Shown: one piece after another, positions 1-13,710 of the stretch
Numbering within the stretch: position 1 is the stretch's first letter
Layout of the letters: every line of letters begins with the position of its first letter
Assembly: GCF_032191835.1 (NCBI RefSeq)
Contig: NC_083237.1
Coordinates: forward strand, 25,234,001-25,298,000
Direction: 5' to 3'
DNA: 64,000 nt
Source of the DNA: Heteronotia binoei
Taxonomy: Eukaryota
Program-made: the position numbers and the translations under genes
The notes under the pieces: model-generated
Database searches by the model: none
The model's input: only the letters and a program-made list of their open reading frames with translations
What the model was told of the DNA's origin: nothing

Positions 1-2678
1 GCCCTGCCTGCTGGCAACCCCCGCCCCAGGCTTGCCCCTCTAAAAGTATTCTGATCTTAATTCATGGCATTTGCCTCTTAGCACCGTGTGAAGAATCCCT
101 GCCCAAACAGCTGCTTCTAGCATCTCTTTCATTTTCCTTTGCAACTGGCAAGGCCCCTTCCCAGCTGTTCTGGTGTGCAGATTTCAGGCAAAGCTGCCAA
201 ACCCCCAGCCTTGCATTACACTGCCCCCTGTTTCCTGGAACCTGGACAACAGTCCACTTTTGCTATAACACAGCTGTGCCCAGCAATTTCTGAAGCCCCT
301 GCATTCTCTGCTCTTTGCAGTAGCCAGGAAAACCTTTCTCATAAGGGTCCATTAGTGGCTCATTCTAATATCTGAAGCACCTGGGAAAGGGGGGGTAGCT
401 CGGCAACAGTCCCAGAATCCTCTGGATTTACAGGGAGAAACAGGTGGGGGCAGATGGCAGCGCAAGATAAATGAGAAAGGGTGTGAAAGAACACCCGGGC
501 AGCATGCATGAAGAAGTGGCCAGGGGTGAGAAATAGTGTAGGCACAGCCGGAAAAAACCTGTAGGCACAGAGTCAAAGGATATTAATAAACATCATCCTG
601 GAGGATATGTGAAGGAGGGTGGACAAATGCAGAGTACAAAGGGTGGGCCCAGCATTCTTATCCATTTACAAGACAAGCGTCTCTTTCGGTGTCTATCTGT
701 AGACTGGCTGTATTAAATTATGTCGCTACAGTCTGAGTTAAGAGTGTGTGGTGGGAGACAGAAGACAGCTATAGTGTATTATATGGAAAAGGCTGAACAA
801 GAACCTGAATGGTCTTTTGCTTGTGTGTACACATGCATGCATGCCTGTGACAGACTTTCAGATGAGCATTCTGGTATGATGCGGTGTGCATACAAGGTGA
901 AGATCAGAGCCACAGTCAGAGAATCTGTCCTAAAGGGGTGAGTTACAAATTGTGTTAACTGGCCCTGGGCATTTAACAAGATAGAACCTCAACCATAGTG
1001 TGAAGCTGTGGAGTTAAACAGTCTTTTTTATGGCATGTGTGAAAGATGTGGCAAAAAAATCAGGCAGCATTGTCCATGCTGGCTATTGGATGCAATGGTA
1101 GTATAGTGCCATGTTGGCTAGAGGGCTGCCAATTGAGATGGAAGCAGATTTTTGATGTAGGCGTGGCCAGAATGAAAGCTGTAGTATATAGGGAACAATC
1201 AGATAATTCACACAATCTTGTGTGACAACCACAATCTTGCAGAATCTACAGGAGTATGTACTACATGACAGTATATTTGTGCCAGGGTATGAGCACAACA
1301 CTGGGAAGTGTGGCTGTCCTTTGTGCATGTGTGTAGTCATTGTGTATCAAATAAGTACACAGTAAAGCACTGAATGGAGAGTCTGCATAAACACATTGTG
1401 TACGTCCACCAGAGGATGCAGACAACAAATACTCATTGTATGAACAGGAAACTGCATACTCTGCTCAGTCAATGTGCATCATTTCCAAATGGTATTGGGG
1501 GATACGTGTGTTTCACATATTGACCAGTAAAGTGTAAAGATATTCCAAGTGGCTAACTTGCATAATGAGCAGGCAATATGTGAAATGTCTGTTTGGGTGA
1601 TAAAGTTGTACATATTCCCTGTAATTTGGGGATAATACACACTTCGTATGCAAAATTCCCCATTTTATCCTGTCTGTGAACGTTCCCCGTGCTGTTCTAT
1701 GAATCTGCACAACAGTCAGAGTTTATGGACATTCGCCATTCAGTGTACCTTAACCAGAGCTTGCAGATAGCCACATCATTTGAAAATATGTTCATTTAAC
1801 AACAAAACCACTTAGTAGAAAAGTATGTTGAGAAATATTTTGTCTTTCCCAAGGGCTGCAGCAGATACAGCCAGAGAGATGTTTTAAGGATTGGCAGGTT
1901 CACTGGGGGAAAATGTTACTACTGTCTTTTGGTATAATCTGGGGGAGGGGGATGTGGGAGTATAAATGGGTGTTGCCACCAATCTCTAAGTACCTATATT
2001 TCACCTTGCTTGGTGGTTTGCATTTTGAATGGCGTCATTTCTTGGCTGGCTGGTTGTGTGCACATTTCCACACAAGTTAACACTGGCATTGGTAACTCAT
2101 ATTTCACATGTCTTTAGCATCAGCCAGGTACTAAGTGCACTTGTTGCATTGTTGGCACGCAGTCTGCGCTGCACAATCTGCCGTGCGCCTCAGCCTCTCA
2201 GACTGACCACACCCAAACCAGCTAATCCATTTGCTAGGAGGTGCCTCCACCAGCCAACCCCCTCCTCAAGGGAAGAAAACACAGGAGACAAACCAGAGAG
2301 AGCCATTCATTCTAACAGCTGCACGTCTGGAAGGAGGGACAGCCAGCCAACAGCCATGCATGTGGTCCCTCTCTCAAGTGGGAGAGACAATTGCCTCAAC
2401 ACAAACACTAATAATGCCTCCAGCATGCCAATCAGGCAGATGTGCTTCAACCATCCTCGCCTCCTCCGTCTTCATAACAGCCTCCAGAGGTAGATCATTA
2501 ACACTGCCATGTGACAGATGGGGAACTGAGGCTGGGAATAGTTTCATTTCATGCCTGAGCCGGGGCTTGAACTGACTCCTTTGAGGTTCATAGCTAAGCT
2601 AACCCGTTTGCTGAACTACACAAGCAATGGGTCACTTTGCTTTGACACACATTGTGGAATTAAGGGGCATCCACTAAA

Positions 2679-2705
2679 ACATCTATCTATCTATCTATCT
2701 ATCTA

Positions 2706-2743
<38 letters not shown>

Positions 2744-2817
2744 ATCCACCTACCTATCATCCACCTACCTATCAATCATCCATCCATCTATCTATCCTAT
2801 CCTATGCATCTGCATGT

Positions 2818-2848
<31 letters not shown>
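2679..2848. repeat. Compound microsatellite (TCTA)n/(TCTG)n followed by (CA)n
   Basis: Directly visible tandem tetranucleotide and dinucleotide runs. Confidence 0.95.
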
Positions 2849-2850
<2 letters not shown>

Positions 2851-4899
2851 GCCTGGAGAGATGGTCATTGACACTCACACAAGAAGAGTCAACTGAGCAA
2901 CATCACAGCCAGAGAGGAGACTGTGAGTGAAACAGTCAGCAGACAGACAGCCACTGACCCACACAGAGTGGAGAGAACCAACCATCTGCACGCGCGCACA
3001 CACAAAAAGGGAGAGCCACGGATACAGAAACACGAGGCAGGGTGGATATATAACCCCTGGCACATATACACTGACATAATGATCAGCAAGAAGAGACGGA
3101 GACTGATGCACTCTAAGAAGCAAAGAGGATCGTTGACAGTATGTACAGTCAGAAGGGAGAAACAGCAATTAATACACACAGAGCTCCTTCAAGGACACAC
3201 CTGCTTAGTAAGATGTTAAATCTCATAGTTTCCACGTGTGAGAAGACCACAAGCGACAAAAAGAAGCACATTATCAGACTCCACGCACCCAGCAATGTGG
3301 AGTTCCAACACTAGATATTTATAGACAAAGACATATGCACTCGCTCTCTCTTTCAAAGGTCATATTCGCTATCAGATTGAGCCATACCAATGACCCATCT
3401 TCACCTAGTACCTGAACTCTGGCAGGTCAGCATTCAGAGTTTTTTGGGCTTTTTTAGCAACAAGCCTCTTCAAATGAAGAGTATTGCTTCATTGCTCACA
3501 ACCATGCAGCTTACTGCACCGACCCCATTTCACACCCTAGGAGAAAAGGGCAAACATATATTTTGAACTGGCAGACACAGACTGCTCCTGGGATTGCACA
3601 GAGAAGGAAGGCATTTCCCCCTCCCTCAGTTTTGCAGTCTACCTGTGGACCACACCAAAACACCTACCCACTAAAGCGGTTTAAAGAAGGGATGAGAATG
3701 GAAGCAACTCACACATCATTTAGCAAAAGCCTGTGCCTCCTTAGGGATTCATACCACCTTCTCCACCCTGAAAACACGGCTCCTGGGGAAGCCAAAGTGG
3801 CAGTTGGGAAGTGCCTCTCACTGTGCCCACCTCTACTACTCCTGCTCAGCCTTACTGGTTGTTGCCAACCTGATCTTTTCTTCCAATATTCTCTTTAACA
3901 TACACAGCCCCCTTTGGTGGGGGCAGTTTGAAAAATCCTGCAACAGAGAGTTTCACAGATCATGCATTGTGTGTGGATGGCAAACCCTTTAGGGAGATCC
4001 TAGTAGACAGTAGGTGGCAGATCTGAGAGCAGGGAATAGGGAATTCTGACTTGAACACACACCAGTAGATCCTGCCAGTGGCCCCAGGAAACAGCACCCC
4101 CCAGTGACATAGTCCTTCTTAGCCTAACCCTATCGTTGCATCTTTTCTCTCACTTTCATTCCCCCTGCATCTATCTTTTCTCTCCCCTGCCAATTTTTCT
4201 ATTAAAAAAACCTCAGATACTGCACTGCTATTTCTGTCACAAAAGAGATGGATGGCTATTTCCAGGGCCTAGCATTAGGATGTATGTATGAGAAAGAGAG
4301 TTTTGCATACAAGGCAGCATGCAGGAGGTGGGCACATGAAAATCCAACTGCATCAGCAAAGGAAAGATGACCCAGGCATCCTGCTTCCAAGAGTCCTCTC
4401 CAACTCACAAGGACCAAGCTTCCCTCCAATAATTCATAAGCACTGAGGGTAATATCCATGTAACCTCAGCCTAGAAAAACCTAGGTGCCAATCCAGTCAG
4501 ACCCCCTTGTCTAGTGAAATTGCCTAACAGACAATAGGCCCAAGCGAAAAAGCACTTGAGTGTATGGGAGGGTGCTAATGGGAGAGGAAAATGTGGGTGG
4601 CATGAGGGGTCTAGGGGAAGCTCACTGGGGGTGTGAAGGGGGACTCTGGGGGTGTGAAGGGGGAGCCAAGATGGCCTGGGAAGGTGGTGAGGGCTGAAAT
4701 TTGAGATCAGAAAGGCTAACCAGGGCTCCTGGGTTGTCTTCCAGTCCTGCCCCATTGTAAGATGCCAGATACAACAATTTCTCACTCATTCATCTGTCCT
4801 GGGGAGGGGAGGGGACAAGGTAAGATTTTGCTTTCCTCTTGTCTCTCTATGCTTTTGAAGTGCAGTGGAAGGGGGGGGGGGTGCCCTGTTTAAATTACT

Positions 4900-5650
4900 G
4901 CTAGATAAATCACTCCCCAGCACTACGTAGGAGTCCTTCTACCTGTCCAGACCAAACCCATAAGAAGAGACTGCTTGGGCCGGCCCTCCAAGCCTTTGCG
5001 AGGCAGAGGAACGCCCCCAACCCAGGACCTATCCCAGCCGGCCGGGAGAAGGGCAGCGGCCCAGGCGTCCCCTCCCCTGCCATCTTGGGCGCCTTGTCTG
5101 CCGAGAGGCGTGGCCCCTCGAGCGGCCTTCGAAGCCGGAGCTGCCCCGGGCTCCTCACCTCCGCCCGCCGCCTCTCGCCTGGGAAGGCGAGCCTCTGGCC
5201 TCCGGGGCCCCAAGGGGCCTCCTCGCCTCGCCTCGCGCGCCGCCACCAGCCCGCTCGCCTTCAGAGGGCGCATGGCCCGGCGGGCGTCGAAAGGCCCGGG
5301 CGGGAAGCGGCCGGCCTGGCTCCTCCTCCGCGGGGAAAAGCCCTGCCTCGGGTAGGGGGCTCCCCGCCTCCAGGCACGACCTCCCCCTCCTGCGGAGCTT
5401 TCACCAGGGCCCCTCGCTGCCCTCGCCTCCCGCCCAGGCTCGCTCTAACCACTCGGCTCTGCTCCCCCCCACCCCAGCGGCCGGGAAGCTCTCCCCCCCC
5501 CCCGCCCCTTTGCTGCGCCCCACACAAAGCCGCACAACCCCAAGAGCAGCCGCCGCTCTGGGAACAGAAGGGAATTCGCCGGTGTGTCCCCCCCCCCCCC
5601 CCACCGTGTCTCTCCTCGAGGAGGTAGACGGAGATGCCCTTCAATTGGAT
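4900..5650. promoter_or_regulatory. CpG island, probably within the 5' non-coding region of GRIN2D (minus strand)
   Basis: Very GC- and CpG-rich stretch with a minus-strand donor GAG|gtgagg near 5158. GRIN2D is assigned only from mammalian synteny (head-to-head with KDELR1); no GRIN2D coding sequence is in the window. Confidence 0.5.
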
Positions 5651-6449
5651 TCTTTTTAGGAAAAAAAAAGCATACAGACTATAGACTTCTCTATGAATAA
5701 AAAACCAGACGCTGCAACCCAGTCTGCGCGCCCCTTTCTGTCTCTGGGATTCTTTTGCAGTTACAAATTAATTCAGCATAATAACAAGGGGGTAAAAAAA
5801 ATCACCTTTTTGCATCTCACACTCTTGCAGTCGTGGATGATCAATGCCACAAACAAATCACGCGTGAGTGTACGCACGCATACACACATACACGAGAAAG
5901 AATCGGGGGGAGGGGCTCACCCATTCTTCCCCTGCAAACCCAGCCCCCTTTGAAATCGCAACCCCAGCCTAGGTTTCCCATTCCCGCCGCCCCCCGCCGC
6001 ATGAAAGACACAGGTCAACACTGTAAAAATCACCCCCCCACACACACACACACCAAGGGTCAGCCATGCATTGATCACAGCATCTTCCATATCATCAATA
6101 TCATTTTTTTTTGGGGGGGGGGGGGGAGAGCTTCACTTCCCAAAGGAGTCTCCCCCCCTTCTGTTTTTTTAAAGCCGGGATCCTGGGAGAAGCCCCCTCC
6201 CCTTATTCAAGCAGCAATCCCCGCCTGATCTCCTGCACAACAAAACCAGACCGACCTTCGGCTTTGAAGGGGGGGGGGGGGGAACGGTTTCAAAAAGAGG
6301 AGCGGGTCTTACCTATTCATGACAACTCCCGAGGAAAGAATAACCCAGGATCGGAAGGACAGCAAATTTTTTCTCCGCGTCTGGAAAGAGATAATTTTTT
6401 TCCTCCTTGATTTTTTTTTGGGGTGTGTGTGTGAAAAAAAATGTATTCC

Positions 6450-7500
6450 TATTTTTTAAGATCTCTTCTCCTGCGGGGGAATCAAAGAAACGCTAAATCC
6501 AACCAGCCACGGGAGCAGCATCTCCCCCCCCCTTCCGCTTCTCTCCCCCCCTCCCCGCCAAATTTCTTTCGGATCTTTATTCACCGCTCAGGGCCCCCCC
6601 GCCGCCTTTTCTCCCCCCGCCGCGTCTGTCTCCGTTCAAGGTTGTTGCAGGCTTCCGCGTTACACATGTTGCATCCCAAAGTTAAAGCAGAAACCGGCGT
6701 CGGAGCGGGCGGATGGTCGCCTGCAGGAGAGAGAAAAAAGGCAAAGTCTCTTGCAAGCAGCCTTTCCCTGGGGCCTGGAGCCCAGAAATCTCTGCATCGC
6801 TTAGAGAGTTGAGTTATTTATTTCTTTTATAAACCGCCCCCCCTCCGCGTTACCCCCCTTCCCGGGTCACCTTTCTAAAAACATACGGCGGTGCAAGAGG
6901 GGGGAAGGAGCGAGAAGGGGAGGGGAGGGGGGCTGATATATTTTTATTCCTCTAACGCAGACAAGACCACGTCGTCTGTTCTTTTCCCCTCTCGCGCAAG
7001 AGAAAGATACACGCGCGCGCACACACACACCCGAGCGGGTCATTAGCATTCAGCACCAATAACCACATCGGCACCACCAACAGCAGCAGCAGCAGCAGCG
7101 GCGGCTGGGTGGAAAGCGAGAGCCGGTGAAACACGCCGCTGCAGTCCTGGGCGCTGGGGGATCGGATCGGATCCTGGCTTCCTTGGCATGTGGATTCAGA
7201 CCAGGGAGGGAGGAGGGAGAGCGAGTGTTCTGGGGCGCTAGAAGAGGCCGAAGTGCGGAAGGAAGGAAAGGTGCGATCTTGGCCCCGCAGAAGGGGAGAT
7301 CCCTCACCGTCGCGGTGCGAAAAAGGAAAAAAAAATACTGCAGAGAGAAGGTGAAGTTTGACTGTCTCGGCTGCAAAATCCACATTCTGCCCCCTACGCC
7401 CCCTCCGAGCGCCCATACATACACAATCAGAGGCCCAAAGAGCGAGGTTAGGGGGGGGGGAGCTCGCGGTTATTTGCATAGGTTAAATAATTAAAATATA
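6450..7500 (-). promoter_or_regulatory. CpG-rich promoter/5'-UTR region with candidate minus-strand non-coding exons (e.g. 6585-6720)
   Basis: Polypyrimidine acceptor ...ttttttctctctcctgcag before 6720 and donor GCG|gtgaat after 6585. Further donors at 6871 (AAG|gtgacc) and 7308 (ACG|gtgagg). (CAG)n at about 7078-7100 and ATTTGCAT octamer at about 7472. Confidence 0.45.
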
Positions 7501-8014
7501 TGTAAATGGAAATGCCTATTGCTTAGCAAAAAAACAAACATACGAGCAAAAAAAAAAAAAGCAGCAGCTGGGTTGCAGAGGGAGAGACGGCGGAAAGGGG
7601 ACCATGCCCAGCCCTGGCTGTCATCTGCTCTGACATGAAGAAAAAAAACCCCGGGGGTGCTTGGCCTGGACAAAGCGGTTATTTAAAAAGCAAAATAGGC
7701 GTGTGAAACGGAGAATACAGCCTGACACTAAAGGTCAGAGAAACTCACAAGGTAAATCCCCGGTAGGATCACAGGCTGGAGGGTTCTGCGAGGCTGAGAA
7801 GCTAAGCAGGGCAGAGTGTGACAAGGAAAGGGGAAAACCTGTGGTAGTACACCTAGGGAAGGGATAGAGGGCGCTGCAGGGCCGGGGCCCAGCTGCCATC
7901 GGTAGTTCTGCGGGAAGCAAAGCGAAGGGTTTGAGCCACTGTGAATAAGGGCAGGTAAGCCCACATTGGATCAAAGGAATCCCGTTTGGAGTTTGAGCCT
8001 TTCGCCATCACAGC

Positions 8015-8247
8015 TGGGAGGGTCCGGGGCTCAGTGGTAGAACATTTGCTTGGCATGTGGAAGATCTCAAGTTCAATCCCAGGCAACGCCAGTTAAAAGG
8101 ACCAGCTAAAAGGACTATCTCCAGTTAAAAAGATGTGAAAGACCTCTGCTTGAGATCCAGGAGAGCTGCTGCCAGTCTGAGTCAAAAATACTGATTTTGA
8201 TAGAGCAGTGGTCTGATCTGGTAGAAGGCAGCTTCATGGGTTCATGA
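8015..8247 (+). mobile_element. tRNA-derived SINE with CR1-like 3' tail
   Basis: tRNA-like head (ggctcagtggtagaac...gttcaatccc), a body shared with copies at about 11465-11635 (-) and 52140-52346 (+), and a tail (ggcagcttcatg) resembling the CR1 3' UTR at 52660-52710. Confidence 0.75.
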
Positions 8248-9919
8248 GGTAGTGACTGCTTTATGTGGATGTGTATAACCCACCCTGTTCCAAGGGGTCT
8301 GGTTGGATCATGATAGGGTACCCCTGAGAAAGCTCACACAAAACCACTCACTCCTAGCGTTTCAGTCAGAGAACGTCTGTTTCAAAAGCCAAATAGAGCC
8401 ATTGACATAACTCTCCCTAGACTGTTCCCATAAACCATCTCTGTGACATCCATGCCTCTTCATGAAAACTTAAAGCAGTCTTGCAAGATTCAGGCATGTG
8501 ATGCGGACCGTAGGGTGCAGAGAGTGGGAGAGAAGGAGCTGCCACTGTGCCACTTCTAAAGTCCTGCGTAGTTTTGTTTTGTTTTTATTTCAGCACCAGA
8601 ACTATGTATGGCACATGTTATGGGGGAAGGTCCATAACCAACATCACTGGCTGTTCAGAACTGGGATGGGAAGCATTGCTCCCTGGCTCCAGTCAAGGTG
8701 ATCTTGTGTGCTATTGGAACCCCCCTCCCCAAGGGCAGTATCTCCTTTGAAGGTCACATTTGCTGCACCCACTTGAATTGCCTCTGCTATTCTTCATGGT
8801 GCACCGGGGGAGGGGGGAGAATTTCCTAAGGCAAGCAAGAATTGAATGCATCTTGTTGTCTGCCTTGGCTCTTGCATGGGCCCCTGTTACTTCCTCCTCC
8901 TCTGGGGAGCAGCTCACAATTCCACCCATCCCCGCCCCAAACAATTTCTGATGGCTCCTGTCACCTTTGATCCTTATGATTCTGAGGGAAGCATCTTAAC
9001 TTGTAAGTAATTCCTCATGATCAATTGATCAGCAGGGAAAGGGCCCTTCTCTCTTTCTCATTTTTGGTCTCAGACTGCAATTTGTTCCTGTGCCTGCTCA
9101 AGAACACACTCCTCAGATGAGGGATTGATTATAATCTCTTAAACTGAGGCAGGGCTCTGTATACTTGAGATGCCCAAGCTCAGATATTAACATTTTGAAA
9201 TGGAGAGAAGGCAGACGGCTCTTGCTTTCTGCTTCAGATGCCACTGCTGAGCAATACAATGTGCTTTAAAAGGGGGGGGGGGTGAGTGTCTGCTGCAGGA
9301 TGTGCATCCCACTGCAGAGTGGCAGCTTGTAAAACAGTAGTTCAGGAAATGATATCTTTGTCTCTTTGCGAGGGAGTGGTCTCTCTCTGGTTGGACCAAG
9401 ATAGGGTGCAGGAAGAAAGGCAGATAGTTTGCTCCTTCCAGCAAATGCATAGATTGCTGCTTTAAATATTGGTCACAAAAAGGCCCCCAACTTGGAACAG
9501 CCACATATTTTAGATGCACCAGTTGGGAGACTTGATAAGGATGGAGGACAGAACAATCCAGGGGGGAGAGTCATTTTCCATATCTGGTTGCTCTCTCCAA
9601 CTCGCACCTTTCTTCCCCAACCCTCTCAAAGGATGAGCATGGCAAAGTGGTTACAGTGTCAAACTAGAACCTGGGACCATACAGTTTGAATCCCTTGCAC
9701 AGCCATGAAAGCCTGCTGGATGATCCTGGGCTGTCACAATGACTCAGGTCTGCGGCTGTGAAGATTAAATGGTGAAGGGATTTTGTGAAAAGCCACTGTG
9801 GGAGAGAAAAGTCAAAGTAAATAAATAAATAAAAGTGTGATATAAAAACAAATCACATCCTGAAATCCTCCTCTCCACTGTCCTGGAGGACGGAACCTCC
9901 CTCTATCCGGTCCCTGCAC

Positions 9920-10127
9920 TGGGGTTGCCAGCTCTGGGTTGGGAAATACCTGGAGATTGGGGGTGGAGCCTGGGAAGTGTAGAATCTGGGGAAGGGAGGG
10001 ATCTCAGCAGGGTATAATTCTCCAGAGTCCACCCTCCCCCAAAGCAGTAATTTCCTCCAGGGCAACTGATCTCTGACACCTGGAGATCAGTTCTCACTCA
10101 GGCCTCCCCTGGAGAATGGCAGCCCTA
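9920..10127. mobile_element. hAT-type MITE of the TAGGGTTGCCA-TIR family (old copy)
   Basis: Degenerate terminal inverted repeats (TIRs) tggggttgcca ... tggcagcccta; TSD only partly conserved. Related pieces at 1-21, 18040-18965 and 56790-56908. Confidence 0.65.
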
Positions 10128-11464
10128 CTCTCCATCCAGCCACTTGCTAAGCCATTACAGCAGCTAGGCACCCTCTGGGTGGTGAGAGGCCTTCCCTGTT
10201 TCAAGGCTGGGGGGTGGCTGTTTAGACAGGAACCCTTGCTTTGCCCTCAGATGCAGCCCCCTCTGGAGTGGAGGAGGTGGTTCCTTCTCTGCCTCCCAGC
10301 TGCCCATGTGCTCTTCCCCCCCTCCCTGCCCCAACTCCTCCTCCACAGCATAGAGCTTCTGCTGCACCATTCAAAGAATTAGGGTTGGGAAGTTTCAGCA
10401 GAGAGGCATGAAGTGGGGGAGTGTTTTGGCCGAGCCCTTCTAGCAGCAGCGGGAAAGCAGAACAGCTCAGAGGAACAAAGAAACCCCTTTTCTATTCATG
10501 ACGTTCGACTTTTGCTGGCAGGGAACAAGGGAATGAGGAAGAAAGGGAGAAAAAATAGATGCGAGAGAATGAAAATGTCCAGCGCCAGAGTTCCAGCTGC
10601 CTTTAATGAGAGAGATCTGCTCTCACTTCGGGGGGAAGGAAGTGGGGGCTAAAAGGAGAGAGCCAGGGAGGGAAAGCGGGACTCCTGGGTTCTCTGAGTC
10701 GGTGTGTGGGTGGTAGGGAGGGCAGAGTGGACACATATGGAGGAAACCCAAACTCCTGGCTTCTCAGAAGCTTATTCCAATGTATGTTTTCCCCCACAGA
10801 AGAACATTTTGGGAGAGGGGGGCCAAGAGGCACATAGGAAGCATTACATCAGGATGAAAAAGCCACAGGAATGTTTTAGGTGACATCCATTAAAAGAAGG
10901 CTGCCAGAGAATAGAGTCTTTTACGTCGCAAATCCCATTTCAAGCAAATTGGCAGGAAAAATTCATGAGCAGGAAACTAGATTTCTGCTCACATTTGCTC
11001 TCCAATCTTTCCCAGAAATTCCCTGTGGATTTTCTTAATACTCATGTAACTTTTTTTGATAGGCCATTCCCTCATGAGTATTTCTTTGCAGAGGAAATGT
11101 TACATCAGACTCACTGAAGGGAGCAGGGCCGGATGTAGAGGTTAAACGCAGCAGGAAGGGGGGGCATAGGGGAAGAATCCAATGTTTCATTAGACAGAAA
11201 GTTGGTGGTAGTTCAAAACACGGATTGCTGCGCGCGTATCCTACGGCTGTCTCTGCAAAATAGGTTCTGTAGGTTTTTCATATTGTTTCCAAACCTACAA
11301 TACCTATTTGACCAGGTAACAAGGGAATAAAACAAATGTGCATGTATAAGATGAAAATGAAGCATCCCTCAAACTCTTTTAAAACTGTTCAGTCTTCATG
11401 CTAGCAGTCAAATATCTTGTGGATATTTCACATGAACCCATCGCAGCTATCTAACACTGAGTCA

Positions 11465-11635
11465 GGTCTTTGGTCCATCAAGGTCAGTATTGTCTACTCA
11501 AACTGGCAGCAGCCCTCCAGTGCCCCAGGGGGTGGTCTTTCATGTCAGCCGCTACTTGATCCTTTTGAGCTGGAGATGCCTGGGACTAAATCAGGGGACT
11601 TCTTTATGCAAAGCAAATGCTCAGTCACTGATCCA
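11465..11635 (-). mobile_element. tRNA-derived SINE (same family as 8015-8247)
   Basis: Reverse-complement similarity to the 8015 and 52140 copies. Confidence 0.7.
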
Positions 11636-12039
11636 GAAAGAACTAACCCACAAGATTGTCTGATGCTGCAGGGTGAGCAGATTAGCATACTTCTATGAAA
11701 GCACACATAACCCCCCGATTAAACACATACCTCCTGTGATAAATATCTACTGCTAAAATAGGCTGTAAAAAATTTCCACTAGAAGAAACATTACTAAGAG
11801 AAATGAGCATTGATACAGAGATACATATACATTATCTAAACATTTCCAGGTGTGCATGTTCCCAGTAAAACGCCTCCTGAGCCCTGGGATAAAAATTGCC
11901 TGGCTAGATCAGATTTAGATCCGTTTAGTCCTAAATTCTATTTCCATTGACAACTTGCAGGCTATGAAGGCTTTCTTCTTGTGTTGTCTACAGCATCTGT
12001 TATTCTAAAGTAACAGTAGCCTTGGTATATGGATGCTCC

Positions 12040-12243
12040 ACCCTGACCTGGATGGTTGAAGAAAATCTACTCTTGTCAGATACTGGAAGCTGAGCAGAGC
12101 CAGTCCTGGTTTACGCTTGGAGGGGGGAACCACCAAGGAAGTCCAGGGTTGCTATGCAGAGGCCCACAGTGGCAAACCACCTCTGTCTATCACTTGCCTT
12201 GAAAACTCTACAAGGCTGTGACTTGGCAGCATTCTTCACCACC
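12040..12243 (+). mobile_element. 5S rRNA-derived SINE (5S-Sauria-like)
   Basis: Degenerate 5S head (cttgtcagatactggaagctgagcag...ctggttta...tgga) followed by the family body (ccaagga...cttgccttgaaaac). Confidence 0.7.
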
Positions 12244-12639
12244 ATATAGAAGCTCCATCTCATGAAAACCAGCTGCTGATAGGTGGTAATGGATGGTAGA
12301 GGGACAAGACTTGGAAGTCTTCCCCTTCACTTATTTGTCTGTCTTTTAAAAAAGCCATTGCTGATATTGTCCATCACCACTACTTGGGGGAGTGGGGTAA
12401 ATTTCATGAATGAGTTCTGGCCTTTTGAAGAAGGCCTGCTGTTTGTCCCCCCTCCCCAAACCTACTGCCAAGACCTTTAATTGGATGACCTTGAGAGTTT
12501 ATACATCTCAGCCATATCCCCATGTAGTCATCTTTTTCTCCTCTAAATTAAAAGGCCTGAAAATGATACAACAAGAAATACCTTGCAGGAACAAGCTACT
12601 GTCTACACACAAATATTATTTCTCCATCATACAAATTCA

Positions 12640-12872
12640 CAGAGCTTTTTTTGAGCAGGAACACAGTCCCTGCTGGCTTAGTGTCAGGGATGTGGCCTAG
12701 TATGCAAATGAGTGTGAAGCAATAGTGCCGTCAGGGGTGTGGCCTAATATGCAAATGAGTTCCTGCTGGGCTTTTCCCACAAAAGCCCTATGTGGCACAA
12801 TGGTGCCATCAGGGGGTGTGGTCTAATATGCAAATGAGTTCCTGCTGGGCTTTTTCCTACAAAAAAGGCCTG
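12640..12872. mobile_element. hAT MITE (CAGGGCTTTTTT TIR) with three tandem octamer-containing units
   Basis: TIRs cagagctttttt / aaaaaaggcctg; TSD caaattca/cacattca (7/8); three copies of gtgtggcctaatatgcaaatgag. Confidence 0.85.
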
Positions 12873-13307
12873 CACATTCACATGCAGAAATAACTCTTAC
12901 ACGTGCCCACATCCACCAAATTTGTGTGTGGGTAGCAATGGAGGTACACATGCCTATAAAGATAACATACTTTCATATGCTACTGACAGATACTTCTACC
13001 ACAGGTATTTTGATACTGAGACTTTGGTTGAATTTTTGGCAGACTCTTCCCTTCATACTGCCTCTCCTCACTCAGAGACTATTAAGCCTATCACATCCAC
13101 AGTCAAATCAACTACCAGCAACAAAGCAGCAGCCCAGAGCAAAGGTGTAAGCCAGAATAAACAGTCTGAAGCCTGGGGTCTCTTATGGAACAAATGTGAC
13201 ACAGTCATCTCTGGAGAGGCTTCATCCCTGCTATAGAGACCACTTAGGTTCCTCCCCCTGCCAAGAAACTCCAGACTGACTGCAATAATTCACTGCTTCC
13301 CACCCTT

Positions 13308-13710
13308 AAGAACATAAGAATCAGATTCATAGTCCACCCAGTCCAGCATCCTGTGTTACATGGTGGCCAACAAGTTCCTCTGGATGGCCAACATCCGGGC
13401 TGAGGCCTTCCTCTGATGTTGCCTCCTGGCACTGGTATCCAGATGTGGATGTTCCCCTCAGTCACCATGGCTAGTAGCCACTGATAGACTTATCCTCCAT
13501 GAATCTGTCTAATCCCCTTCTTTGCCTGTGGCTACATCGTCTAGCAACAAATTCCACATTTTAGTCACTCATGATTGTATAAAGAAGTATTTCCTTTTGT
13601 TTGCCCTTATCTACTTTCCATTGGCTTCATTGGATGCTCTCAGGTTAGTATTCTGGAAGATGGATAAAAAGTTCTGTCTGTCTACTGTATATTGCCCCAA
13701 TATATATCCA
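13308..13710 (-). mobile_element. CR1 LINE 3' fragment
   Basis: aagaacataagaa tail and a 3' region that is the reverse complement of the CR1 at 45540-46083/52509-52715. Confidence 0.75.

Noticed and set aside
1-4900. Search for the GRIN2D first coding exon, and ORFs such as 2029-2493
   Set aside because: No NMDA-receptor amino-terminal-domain-like peptide was found; the ORFs lack homology and splice support.
4910-5644. Several 110-180 aa ORFs on both strands in the CpG island
   Set aside because: Pro/Gly/Arg/Ala-rich low-complexity products expected from high GC; no recognisable domain and no GRIN2D N-terminal motif.
7049-7057. TTCAGCACC, the left half of a REST/RE1 site (also at about 8590)
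   Set aside because: No GGACAG right half at canonical or nearby spacing.
8015-8080. tRNA-like sequence
   Set aside because: Degenerate, cannot form a full cloverleaf, and continues into a SINE body repeated elsewhere in the window.
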